A DNA stretch of 64,000 nt from Oopsacas minuta. Its lineage: Eukaryota; Animalia; Porifera. Below, piece after piece: positions 24,849-37,500 of the stretch. Position numbers and translations under genes: made by a program. How positions within the stretch are numbered: the first letter of the stretch is position 1; the number at the start of each line of letters is the position of its first letter. The DNA is taken from contig JAKMXF010000024.1 of assembly GCA_024704765.1 (NCBI GenBank), positions 1 through 64,000 of the forward strand, read 5' to 3'. A model generated the notes under the pieces. It was given only the letters and a program-made list of their open reading frames with translations. It searched no databases and was not told the origin of the DNA.

Positions 24849-26624
24849 ATGGAGAAAGACAATGCTTCATTTTTCATAACAGAAGAAAATACACCAAAGA
24901 TACAATCTTATCAAGAATTAATTTCACAAAAACTCAACACCTTATCTGAAGATGCAGATTCTTTGATTGAGAATTCAGAATATGAAAATGCCTTAATCAT
25001 TCTCAACAAATTGGTTGTACTAGATTCAGAGAGTTATATACATTACGTCCGTAGGGCTCATTGTTTGTTTCACATTTGTGACTTTAAATCCGCGATTATT
25101 AACATGGAGAAGGCACTCGTAATGCAATATTCAGATGAATTGAATGAAAAATGCGGTTTTTATCACTTTCTATATGCACAAACGTTATACGACCAGAAAC
25201 TATACATTGAAGCAGTGAAAGAATTTGACAAAGCAATTCAAATAAACAGCAAAACATTAATATACCACGTACGAAAATTGGCCTGTATCTGGTCTATGAG
25301 TGAGCATAACAAATGCCTTGACTTAATCAATCAACTTCTAATACAATACAATTGTGATTCTAACTTGCTTGTGTTACGAGCTGTACTGTATTATTCCTAT
25401 GGCAAACACACAAAATGTTTTGAAGATGTGCATCAAACGCTTAATATTGATAGTAACAATGCAATTGCATTGAGTTTGAATGATAAGTTAGCCTCAGCTG
25501 CTGCACACCATAAGGAGCAAGCATTATCTTTGCATATGCAGAACAAAAATAGAGAAGCTCTCAAGAAAATAAATCTAGCGATTGAGACAAATCCAGCATG
25601 TGCAGATTTTAACATATTTCGCGGTGTTGTGTACCGAAATTTACACGACTATTCTTCTGCGGCAGATGACTTCTTAATAGCTCTGAATAAATGCAACCAT
25701 GATCAGGATAATCCTACTTACTGGGACAGTAATAAACAACTAATCCTGACTTACAATGATTTCGCCGTTCATTGTTATAAAAAGAAATTTTACGAGGAAG
25801 CTCTTCAGCTACTTAACAAGGGAATTGAATCTGAGAAAAATGAGAAAGGATTGTATATGAATAGAGGTGATTGTTATTTGCAATTGGGACATTATGATTT
25901 TGCACGTTCTGATTATGAACAAGCTCTTCAAATTGATGAGACCAGCTCCCTGGCAAAATCTAGACTTGCTTTTGTTTATTACTCAAAGGGAAATGATTCA
26001 TTTTCTCAATCAAAATACTCAACAGCAACTGAACAGTTTTCACAGGCTATTGAATTTGCACCTGCTATTACTCATTTCTACTTCTGCCGAGCTAAATCCA
26101 GACTAGTTGAGGGTAAAATCGAAGAAAGCAAAATCGATGCTCTGATCTCACTTTTGCTGTCCCCAGGGATTGAGTTCGATCCTGCGCTTAGAAGCAGATT
26201 GTTTCCAGATGCTAGAACTCCAGAACATCTATTACAATCTCCTGAAGGTAAAATAGCAATTGAATACATGCGTAGGATAAATTGCGATACAAGAAGCCTA
26301 GAATTAGCCAATACTATTCCAAAGGAAATTCAAAGTCAAAGTCATTCTGTAGAGAATACTTCTCAATTAGAAGATAATGAAATTATTGATGAAGAAAATA
26401 CTATGCAAGCTGTAAGCAAATTTTGTAGTCAAGACCTTATTGTTGCACCACGCGCGTGGAATGTAATATCAGACAACTTGCCTGCTATTCCAGCTGCATC
26501 TGACAGTAATGGTATTATGCCAGATCTGAAAAAATGCATGGATGAAATAGAATTTCATAAACAGATATATTACACAAGGAAGAGGATTGATGGAGAAGTT
26601 GAGGAATATTTTAAGAATAATTAA
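24849..26624 (+). CDS. TTC16: Tetratricopeptide repeat protein 16-like, intronless (591 aa)
   Basis: Tandem TPRs, including QLILTYNDFAVHCY and EKGLYMNRGDCY, which I recognise from vertebrate TTC16. Confidence 0.88.
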   Translation: MEKDNASFFITEENTPKIQSYQELISQKLNTLSEDADSLIENSEYENALIILNKLVVLDSESYIHYVRRAHCLFHICDFKSAIINMEKALVMQYSDELNEKCGFYHFLYAQTLYDQKLYIEAVKEFDKAIQINSKTLIYHVRKLACIWSMSEHNKCLDLINQLLIQYNCDSNLLVLRAVLYYSYGKHTKCFEDVHQTLNIDSNNAIALSLNDKLASAAAHHKEQALSLHMQNKNREALKKINLAIETNPACADFNIFRGVVYRNLHDYSSAADDFLIALNKCNHDQDNPTYWDSNKQLILTYNDFAVHCYKKKFYEEALQLLNKGIESEKNEKGLYMNRGDCYLQLGHYDFARSDYEQALQIDETSSLAKSRLAFVYYSKGNDSFSQSKYSTATEQFSQAIEFAPAITHFYFCRAKSRLVEGKIEESKIDALISLLLSPGIEFDPALRSRLFPDARTPEHLLQSPEGKIAIEYMRRINCDTRSLELANTIPKEIQSQSHSVENTSQLEDNEIIDEENTMQAVSKFCSQDLIVAPRAWNVISDNLPAIPAASDSNGIMPDLKKCMDEIEFHKQIYYTRKRIDGEVEEYFKNN

Positions 26625-27000
26625 TTCACTTCATTACTACTCGATCACATTACTCACTCACTAATTCATTTATTGATGTATACCAATACCATAATTATAT
26701 TATCAATTTTTGATTATTTTAATTATGGCGATATGTGAATGGTATGTACTTGAAAATGGACTGCAATATTTGATAATGGGATAAATCTTTCTCAGCTAAA
26801 CATTTAGCTAAGAAAGATCTTAGTAAGTATCTAATTCTTTGGTTAATTTCGCAGTTTATAGATGCCTAACACCTGTGGTTCAAACTTTTCGAACTTTTAA
26901 GATATATATTATTTAATTGATTGATGGAGCTTAATACAAATCTAATTGAAATCATTAGAATTGAAGAAATGAGTATTTTCTAACAGTTAATGAGAGATAA

Positions 27001-28041
27001 TTACGCTATTATTCTGTCAATACATTGCATCCATGATATTTTCTCATCTTGATCTGCAACACAGAATTTGTATGCTCTCTCTGGTGTTCTGATTGTAAAT
27101 ACGAACTTTGTCGGTGCAGGGACTTTATGCTCTGAACATCCATCTTCTACTGAATATGAATCAGCTGAATTGAGATCAAATTCTCCTTTCGGGAATGCGG
27201 AAGTTTCATCTTCGAAATATTGTACTTTATTGTTGCTGATTTTAACCCAGCGTTTTCGCCACTTATCCTTTACTCTTGGACCTGTTTTGAACATGTAACC
27301 TGTCTTGACATGCTCCTTACTTCTAGTTAATTCACTACATTCTTTTGCTAGATTTTGTTGTGAAGCAAGTATCGCGTAATACCATTCGATTGTTTCCCTG
27401 GGTGTTTCGCCATATACGTAGTACGTTCTTGTCATTTCGTCATGAGGGGTATGAGAAATCGCGATTACGTATGGTTTGCCAGGCACAGTTTGTATAGAAA
27501 TGTTCGTAGCCGCGAGTTGTAACACTGCTTTTGGCTGTGTAGTTTCTCTTCTGGTAAAATATTGTAATACTTCCTCTTTTATCTCAAAATGTCTTTGTTT
27601 CCAACATTCATTTATTTTGCTTTTCTTATACAAAAATCCGCTTTTGAATTCTTTGAATCCACAGTAAGGATCTGTCTTTGATTCGCTACTAAACAATTTC
27701 CTAACGTATTTATCCTGTATATATTCAGATTTTATGATGTACAGTGACTCTAATACTGGTTTGAGATAAAATTCAGGTCGACAATCCTCTAAATTATCCG
27801 CTATCTCATTCCCAACAGCTCTGCCCAATTCTTCTTCTGTCCAATTATCGCATTGAAAGGACTTTACCTGTTCCTCATCTCCTTCTATCATATATTTATG
27901 TATAATAGCGCATTCTACACAAAGAAAGCAACCAAATCTAAGATCACACCATGCTACATCCTTTCCATCACAATCCGCACACTTCCTAATATTCTCTTCT
28001 AAGTATTGTTGTGCATTTACACCTTGAAATGTCATTGCCAT
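27001..28041 (-). CDS. ArfGAP + two PH domains, ADAP/centaurin-alpha-like, intronless (346 aa)
   Basis: A CxxC-x16-CxxC zinc finger (CADC...CVEC), then PH1 (KSGFLYKKSK...WKQRHF) and PH2 (KTGYMFKTGP...WRKRW). Confidence 0.88.
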   Translation of the reverse strand: MAMTFQGVNAQQYLEENIRKCADCDGKDVAWCDLRFGCFLCVECAIIHKYMIEGDEEQVKSFQCDNWTEEELGRAVGNEIADNLEDCRPEFYLKPVLESLYIIKSEYIQDKYVRKLFSSESKTDPYCGFKEFKSGFLYKKSKINECWKQRHFEIKEEVLQYFTRRETTQPKAVLQLAATNISIQTVPGKPYVIAISHTPHDEMTRTYYVYGETPRETIEWYYAILASQQNLAKECSELTRSKEHVKTGYMFKTGPRVKDKWRKRWVKISNNKVQYFEDETSAFPKGEFDLNSADSYSVEDGCSEHKVPAPTKFVFTIRTPERAYKFCVADQDEKISWMQCIDRIIA

Positions 28042-28516
28042 TTTTCTTTTTGTATATTTATTTCTTATTTTATGTTACTTTGTATCCCTCTATTTATACT
28101 GTTTTGATATATAGCATACATAATGTGTTTAAGGTTTATTGTCTACGACTCTATGTCATATTAATGTATTTTCATATTCCTGATACATAATGTTGAAATA
28201 TTTAAAACTTGTTTATATTCTTTCGTCATCAAATTAATATAATTTTTTCCTAAGACATCAGTTGATATTGTTAATGTAATTTCAGTTCGGTTTTGCAATT
28301 ACACTTTAATAAAGTTTAAGTTATATTTAGAATTTAGAATGATATTGAATTTTATTCCTGAAATGTATTCAAATATTTTGTATTTGTAATTCTACGCGAG
28401 TTCAGTCGACATATTTGTGTACAGGCCCAATTACTTTTCCATAAAAATATTCATTTTGTCAGTGTTATTAGTTAAATATTCTCCTATAATAATAGTATTA
28501 ATATTATTAGAATTAT

Positions 28517-31500
28517 ATGTCGAATGAGTGCAAATTAGAATTTGAAGATTTTGATGATTTTGATGAGTTAGATGAATTGGATGGAATTGACTGGAATAAT
28601 TCAGAATTGCAAATAATTGAACAAAAGAGTTCTAATCTCAATTACAACACTACTACAGGTTAAATTCTTAATACAATTTGTAGCTAATTACTTTCTTACA
28701 TATTGTTCTACAATTCGTTCTTTCACAGTCAATTCCAGTTATATCGCAGCTCAAGGGACCGCGATAATTACATCGATATAAGCGGACTTCAATATAATCG
28801 ATGAATTTTGTATTTTTTGACGGTTTGTGTCCATATTTGTGTAATCGATATAACCCGGGTAATTCTATATATCCGTGTTCGATATAACAGGACATCGGTT
28901 ATATCGAACTCTGCTCATATAGGAACAATTAATGGGTCCCTCAGCATATCGTAATGGTTTCGCTCTCTGCTTCCTAGCCAAGGTTTTTGTTGAAATGTAT
29001 TGCTCGCTCTAATACATATTTTATAACTTTGCAGATAACCATCCTACCAACAGCTATACACCAGACAAACAACATATAATAGGATTTGATGAGGAGTGTG
29101 GAAAGACCTGGCATTATCCTATAGACTTTCCACTGAGAGATTATCAGTTCTCAATAGTGAGAAAATGTTTGTTTAATAATACGTTGGTTTGTTTACCTAC
29201 TGGATTGGGTAAGACATTTATAGCTGCGGTAGTAATGCTTAACTTCTATCGATGGTATCCTCAAGGCAAGATTGTCTTCTTAGCCCCGACTAAACCTCTA
29301 GTCAACCAACAGGTAAATTTAGCTTACACAGTAGAATGCGATTAATTGGGTCACTTTAATTCTGAATCTTCCAATGTGAAAAGTGTTGAAGTTAAGTGGA
29401 TTCTTATGTATATCAATTTATTGTCAATTTGACATTCATTTCCCCCAGTGTTCGTTTAAGGGAATTCGCACGGTATTCCCCAGGAATTTTCAGTTAAAAA
29501 TAGTCGATCTCCTGGATATTTGCCCGAATTTATCACATTTTTTCCAGTTCCTCCCTGATTTTTTATTGTACCCAGTGAAATTTGACCCCCGAAAGTTATA
29601 GTAGACACAGATTTTGTCTACTTACAATTACCAATGTAATAATACACTTTCCATGTTTTGAGACAACTCTCTGATAATTACTTTCCTTCATTTGTAAATT
29701 GTTGTTACACGTAAATGATTATGGAAATTTGAAGAAAATATCAAAGATTCAATATTGCATATTTCATAAATCTGTTTCATTGTAGGTACCATCTGGTGCT
29801 GTAAAATGTAAAAGACGTATGTATAATTTGTTTCGCGTGAACTGTATACGATTATCTATCATTTTATAAATATACAATCGACTCTAAATTCGGCTACATC
29901 GACATACGATTAACAAAGAACTTCCCGATTTAGCTGTGTCTATAGAATACGTGTGTTTGTAGATTAATGCTTGTTGCAAAATTACAGCTCTACCTCGTTA
30001 CGAAGTAGTAGAGCTGACAGGAGCTACTTCTTCTCTGAAACGAGTAAACCTTTGGAGAGATAATCGAGTATTCTTTTTGACTCCACAAGTTATGCAGAAT
30101 GATCTTTCATCTGGTATTTGTCCAGCTAAAGATATTGTTTGTTGCGTATTAGATGAAGCACATAAGGCTTTAGGTAATTATGCATACACTCAAGTAGTGA
30201 AAGAGTTGTTAGTGAATAGTGTTAAATTTCGTGTGCTGGCTCTCAGCGCTACTCCAGGTGATGATCTATCTGCAATTCAGGAGGTAAGTTATCTAATGTT
30301 TTCTTTGTAGTTAAGTGGTTGTCTCTAACTAGCTGATATTGTTTAATAATTACCAACAAAGTCCCGATTTTCGGCCATGCAATTTAGAGTTATTTCCTGC
30401 TAAAGCTTGTGCTAAACATCTCCAGTATTTGTGAATAAAATCTATCTCGCTTATAGATTTTTTGATGAAATTTACGCCTCGTTTGACTATGCAACAAATC
30501 AGGATAATTAGTTTCTCAACATTTCAGTAAGTATTTCCAAAATTTGAAAATTATTTTTACCAAAAAATACCCACGACAATAATATGCACCGAGCTAATGC
30601 AATACGGTATTTGTTTATTTATTTATTTGTTACTAAACAGTTACACATATTTATAAATTCAATTGTTGATAATGCTCAGGATGATATTCACATCATATTT
30701 TGTGTTGGCTATTTTGAAGTTGTATAATTTGACAACGAATTTGCAAAATTGACACGCTTGGAGTCAAAAAGATTTCATCTTGCAAAGACCTTCCCTCGTC
30801 CTCCCACTACTGTCTGCTCGGCCTTGACTTCTGCTAGATGTGTTTACCGATAATAAAAATTCCTCGTATAACTAATGTATAAATACAGTCAAACCTACGA
30901 TAATTACTTGTACCCTCTCAATTGTATATATTTTTATTTGACTCAATTTTGCTCAGTCACGGGTATAAATGATATTTCATTTTCTTTACGACATGTTAAG
31001 AAAGATTCTTATATGATTATCACCTAATAATAATTACACAATATACTACTACATCTTACTTAATAATCATTTATTAGGTAATTAATAATTTGTTGATCAA
31101 TTGCATTGAACTACGGACAGAAGAATCTATTGATGTAATTCCTTATACACATCATAAGAAAGTTGAAAAGTATGTCGTGAAGATAGAAGGAACATTAGGA
31201 GAGATTCATTCAAAGTTTTTAAATGTTCTAAGTGGGATTGTTAAGAAACTTCATTCTCAAAAAGCTGTGTATACAGAAGATCCTAAGAGATTGTGTAGAT
31301 ACCAATTGATTAAGGTAGTTAATATTTCTATAGCGAATTTATAGGAATTGTTCAAACTCATTCCATAGAAACTATACAGATTTGCTAATCAGGAATCCGT
31401 ATAAATTGCCTGGCATGAACTTGACACAAATAAACTGAATTGGCGGAATCGACTGCACTTTGGTTGTATTACATTAGCTAAAATACGGATTCTGTAGTAA

Positions 31501-34500
31501 TAATTGTATCTTTTAGGCACGTGAAAACTTCCGTAGCTCCGTATCAGGAGCATTCATAGGACCAGTAGAGGGAGAATTTGCTGTAGGAATATCATTATAT
31601 CATTCTTACGAGCAGCTATACTCTAGTGGTATTAGAGCTTGTTATCAATCTATCAAGAGACTACTCTCAGATGGAAAATCATCTGCTCGTTTGCGTTCAG
31701 AGGTTATTAGGAATGTAGAGCTGAATCAAGTTATGTCTAAGATGGAGAAACTTGTTGATTCTATGCACAAGTTCTTCATACGTACTAATTCTATGGATCC
31801 TAATCTGAGTATTGTATCGTTTGGTGATGCTTCTTTTGACGTAAGTTTAGTTTATATTTAATCAAATATTAAATATTTGAATTCAATTTGCTGATTTTAC
31901 TGATGCTATATTTATATTTGCACACACATCGATTTTTGTTTCCATATATGGAGATAAAATTAGATTCAACATTTCAACGATATACTTGTCGTTATATTTT
32001 ACAGTAATATTCACTTTACAAGAGGTTATTCATTAAACTGTATGAAGAAACAGAAAGGCAGTTTTCTAAGAAACGCTGCCTTTTTAAATATTATCTGTCA
32101 GGTTGATTAACCTGATTTCCTTTTTTATAGCAAAACTGATTTCTACAGTATTGCGTATAACTAATAAGAGATTATTCATAAATAATGATTTGATTACTTA
32201 AAAGTCAATTTTAAGTGAAATAATTTCAGTGTAATTTGCATAATAAAATTAGCTATTTTTAAGCTACCCTTATAGCCCTGTAATATGTCTTCCATTATTT
32301 CTAGTTAACATCAACTCTAGCCAGTGATGATTTCTTCTACAGTCACCCTAAGCTCTTGAAACTTGAAGAAATAGTAGTATCACATTTTAGGAAAGCTACT
32401 ACAGATAACACCACGAATACTCGTGTAATGATTTTCAGTAGTTTTAGAGATAGTGTAGAAGAGATTAGTGTTATGTTACATAGACACGCGCCTCTGGTTA
32501 GAGTTATGTGTTTCTATGGACATGGCAATAAACCGACAGGGACTAAAGGGCAAAAAGGATTTACCCAGAAGGAACAATTGAAAGTTATGGAGAGATTCAG
32601 GGAAGGTGGATATAATGTTCTTGTGTCTACCTGTGTTGGAGAAGAAGGATTAGATATAGGAGATGTTGATCTTATTGTATGTTTTGATTCTCCTAAAGCT
32701 CCTACTAGATATGTTCAGAGAATGGGGAGAACTGGTGAGTTACGAGAATAACTTTTTGCCATATCGAATTTTATATGGAGATTGTTGTGTATTTTGATTT
32801 TCCAAACTTTTATGGAATAAACTATTTATCGAAAATTGAAATAATTCTTTCGAAGTACAGTGAATTTCGCCTTTTATCAATCGTATTTGCATGGATTTCT
32901 TTGCTAATACGCGAATTTGCAATTATGCAAACTATTTATCATACAAAAATGCATTCTATGTCTCCGAAAAAGTCGTTAAAAATGCGGATTTTTTCGAATA
33001 CTAATAGGTGAATGAGCTGTAACCAGAATGGGCAAATCAAAATCAAATTTAAGCGTACAATTATTATTACTAATAATTCTAGGATTAATACTTTTGTATA
33101 ATAAATGTAGCTGCATTAATAACTAATGTTAAACATCCCATGTACAAACCCTCTGGTAAAATAAATGACTAATATATAATCAGTGTGCTTCTCAGTATTA
33201 TTTCATAATTATACGTTGCGGTGTATAATTTGATATTTTGTAATAAATTTATAACATTTTTACTATGGAAACACAAACCCAATCATGGCTAATTACTGTT
33301 AACGAAATAATGCTGGGTTTCTGTATAACAAATATGTATTGATTCTCTGCTTGAATATTTTCTGGATAATCGCGTGTATAAGAAAATCGTATATAGTAGC
33401 TCGTGATTACAGGAATTGACGATTACATCCTAATCTACATCCTATATGCGAAGATGGATACAGGATAAGTGGAATGCAGCAGGGCAATCTCATTAATGAT
33501 ACGGATAAATCCCAGTATGATTACCACAAAAAAATGAGGTTAAGAAATATAGCAGCGGGTTTTGTACATATTGATCCACAATGCACAATCAAGTCACACA
33601 AAATACCTGCAATAACAAATATTATACTAAACGAATATAACACAGTCGTGATATTGCTTAAACCTCCATTATTAAGAGTTATAAGGACTGCTCTACCTAC
33701 TATCATTCCTTGATGCAATAGCCCTATGCACACGTATGAATAACACTCGTTCATTTGGCAAGATATCCAGCAAGATCCGCGCACAACCAGCATGTGTGAT
33801 TTGTTTCTTGCCATATTTTAATGTGAGACTTTTCCCACTAACATATCTTATAGGATCTGTGAATTATTACGCCTAATCATAGCTATGGCCTACGTATAAT
33901 ATTTCACATTGTTGCTTTTCACTGACAATAATAATTGTATTAAATAATAAAACAGTGGATATATCGCTCATAAGGACATTTCTATTTCATTTTGTACTAG
34001 GTCGCAAGAGGGAAGGTCGTATCGTAATGCTACTCTCTGAAGGCAAGGAGGAACAAGCTTATCAGAAGTGTCAAACTTCGAAAAAGCACATCTATAAGAT
34101 AGTAACAGAAGGTCATAAACATCTTAACTTCCACAGAGACTCTCCTAAAATGGTTCCAAAACACATATCACCACAACCTAGTAAACTCTATCTCCAGCAG
34201 CAACAGCAGGAAGAAGAAGAGAAAATACCCCCGGCTATATTTTCACGGGGCCTCCGTAATAATAAGAAAGGTAAAAAGATTCTTGAGAACTATCCAGGAT
34301 TTTCATCTGCAGCTAGCGAGTTTAATAAGAACAGAGATCAATTTAGTCTATCTAAAGAGGATTTGAATAGATGGACAGTTAAGTATTGTTTGAGTCAGAA
34401 TGATACTCTTAGAATACAACAGAGATTATCTGCTTACACAGGTCATAGGCCAATGCTATTTCTAATGGATGAACAACAGCGTAGAGGTAATATAGTATAG

Positions 34501-37500
34501 ATTTATGTACCATGGACTGCAATTAAAAAACATATTTCGTACATTTAGCAATTCAATTTATATACAATGAATACTCGGTTGAAAGTAAGAAATACGAATA
34601 TGATTAAGTTCAATCGATTCCGTTCTAAGTGTGACGCTCGTAATGAATCGGAACACTAAAGATTAGCACTAGGTTCTACATTTACCACAATAATGTTCGT
34701 ACTTTTTTGACTTTCGAATCTTTCCTACTTTTTTTACATTAAAAACCCAAATATTCTCGCCTGCATTCAGTTCAAATAGAATATTGTCAGATTTCGTATA
34801 TATTTGTAGCAGAATACGGAATTCAATATTTCATCGAAACTCGAAAGAAATACAAATTATTTTGATATTTACTATCTCTATTCTACAGAAATCAGTTCTA
34901 TCCCTGTTCCGGATAATACAGAACCAGTAGATTGTTCTAAATGGTTAGACTGGCAGTCTAGCATACAGACGGGTACTATATCTCATTCTACAGCCTCTAA
35001 ATCTCTCATTGATTGTATAAAAACAATAGATAATCTTAAGAATTCTGATACAGCAGCAGATGAGCATAGAGCTGCTCTACAGATTGATAGAACAGATAGT
35101 CACGAGGATCAGTCTATACACACCGGATTAACCCAATTGACTTTAAGGTTAGCAATGATTAATTGATTATCTGCTTTATGTACAAACTCTATGGGCACCA
35201 AGGGAACATAGATCTCTTACAGGTCTATGTATTAAACTGTAATATTCATTAAAAAGTATTTAGGGAAAAATAATACAATCGATAATGATTAAAAGGGTCC
35301 GTTCAAACATTATGTAACGCTACCAAGGTAAGAGGTCAAATTTTAGGAAATTTTGCGTTATGTAACGTTTGAACAGCCCCAAAAATATTACAGGTTTCGT
35401 ATTAACGTGAGTACGTATACTGATTTAATTGAAAAGAAATTGGCTTATGTGGATTAATTAACAGAAAATTTCTCTAAACATTGAAACCCCAAAATGAATA
35501 GCTCAGTATTGGGACGCGAACTGCCATTTCAAAATTTCCCTACACAAACATTTCCATTACCGAATTGATGTATAACAACTATAACATATTGACTAGCTAT
35601 TCTCTTTCTAGAACAAATATCAATAAGATACCTTCAAAATCTCACTTACCAAGAAATAAGAAGAAACACACTAAAATAGATAATTCTAATTCTGATTCAG
35701 ACATAGAACATTCTATAACTCCAACCGGTACCGATAATATTATTAAATTCCCAGATAAACCAGATAATATTGATATGAATCATCCTTTCGCTTCAGCTAC
35801 TGTTAGGCAGAAAATTTTCGCACTCGAATCATCTTCCGATGAAATAAACTCTGATGACAGTCAGGCACACAAATCACGAAATTTTCCATCACCTCCACCA
35901 GCTCAATGCGAAGATTCAGTTAATTCTATTGAAGATTTATTAAACACACCTCGTTACACAAGAAATAAACCTGTTCTTCCTTTATCTTTGGAAGAATCAA
36001 CTGATCAATCAATCCACAGTTCACCAAATAAGATCAACATCATGGATGAAGAATCAGTGGAACTTGTATTTGTTGATGGTAACACCTCGAATAATAATAC
36101 ACCTATTCAGACAAGTTTTGACATCCATGTTGCCCCAAAACATACGCTCGCTTCTCCCCTACAGTATGATTCATCTATAAATGGACCAGGGATTAGTATG
36201 TTGTCAAAAACAAGTACTCCAAATAAATCATCTAATTTTATTGATCCTGACGTCATCTGTATTGTTAGATCCAATGAGAATCCTAAAAACTGCACTACAA
36301 TATCTCCTATGTTGAACCCGATCACTTCATCATCCTTTCTTGAGGATATCCCTGGTCCTGCTAATGGAAACACCAATAGAGTTCGTAGAAAAGCAAAAAC
36401 GCCAAATTTCGAGTCATCTGATTCTGAAAATGAAGCTCTAAAAAGTCTATGTAGAAAACGTAAATTCCAATTCAAACGTCAAATAATTTCATCACAATTC
36501 AGTCCAGTTGCCACAGTAGTGAATAACCCCAAGAAAAAACGAAAACTGAATTATTTTATTGATCACGAGGCAATTGAGAGTGATGGAGAATATTCTCAAG
36601 ATTCATTTCAATCCCTTCCTACAACCAGTACATCTAACGCAGACACAAATACTGAAGAAATCAGTGTTATATCACGTTTGATAGCTGATACAAGTGGTAG
36701 TGCTACAGGCATTAATGAGTCTAGTATGTATGCTAGATATGTTCATGATCTTATTTCCCCTCCTATAAATCAAGCCTGTAAACTGGTTATTGATCCTAAG
36801 AGACACAGGACACTAGCTACTGCTGGGAAGAATATCCTCAAGTGAGTTTGATAATTAACTAAAAAGTAACTTCTATGTTAATATGGCTTAGTATGCTAAT
36901 TAAATAGTGGTAGTGTATTGTTAAACAGCTGGCATTTGGTAATGCTAATAGTTTCGCATATTATTACTCCGCATTACACTGTGGACCTATTTCCCGAGAG
37001 TTTATTAATACAGCAGAAATTCCCTATTTGGTCCAATTGAATTTAGCAGCTCTAGGGTAAAATAATAACAGACAAAACACTATTGATTTTGTAATAATAG
37101 TTCGATTTAACACTTTCTAAACAGGTCATTAAATGACAAAAACTACCAAAAAAACCTGACTTATACTGTATTATCAATTGGTATGTATTTATAGACTTGA
37201 ACAGTTATCAGACTACTCCATATAAGTTCACCATTCGAAATTTGTGTTAAAACGAGCGGCTGCGCACACTTTTTCGGTGTAGATGAGTTATCCGTCCTCC
37301 TTACTTCTAATTCTTATAATCCGTCTTATACAAACTATTTCTTTTCCCCCTAGTTTATTGGCAATCATATCCAATGATCTACATTATATCTGTATACGTA
37401 ATAATCTCAGATAATATTGTGATCATTTTGAGCCCTATTATTAAATAATAAACATTTCTAGAAATGTTATTAGTATATTATAGCGGACGTATTTAATATT

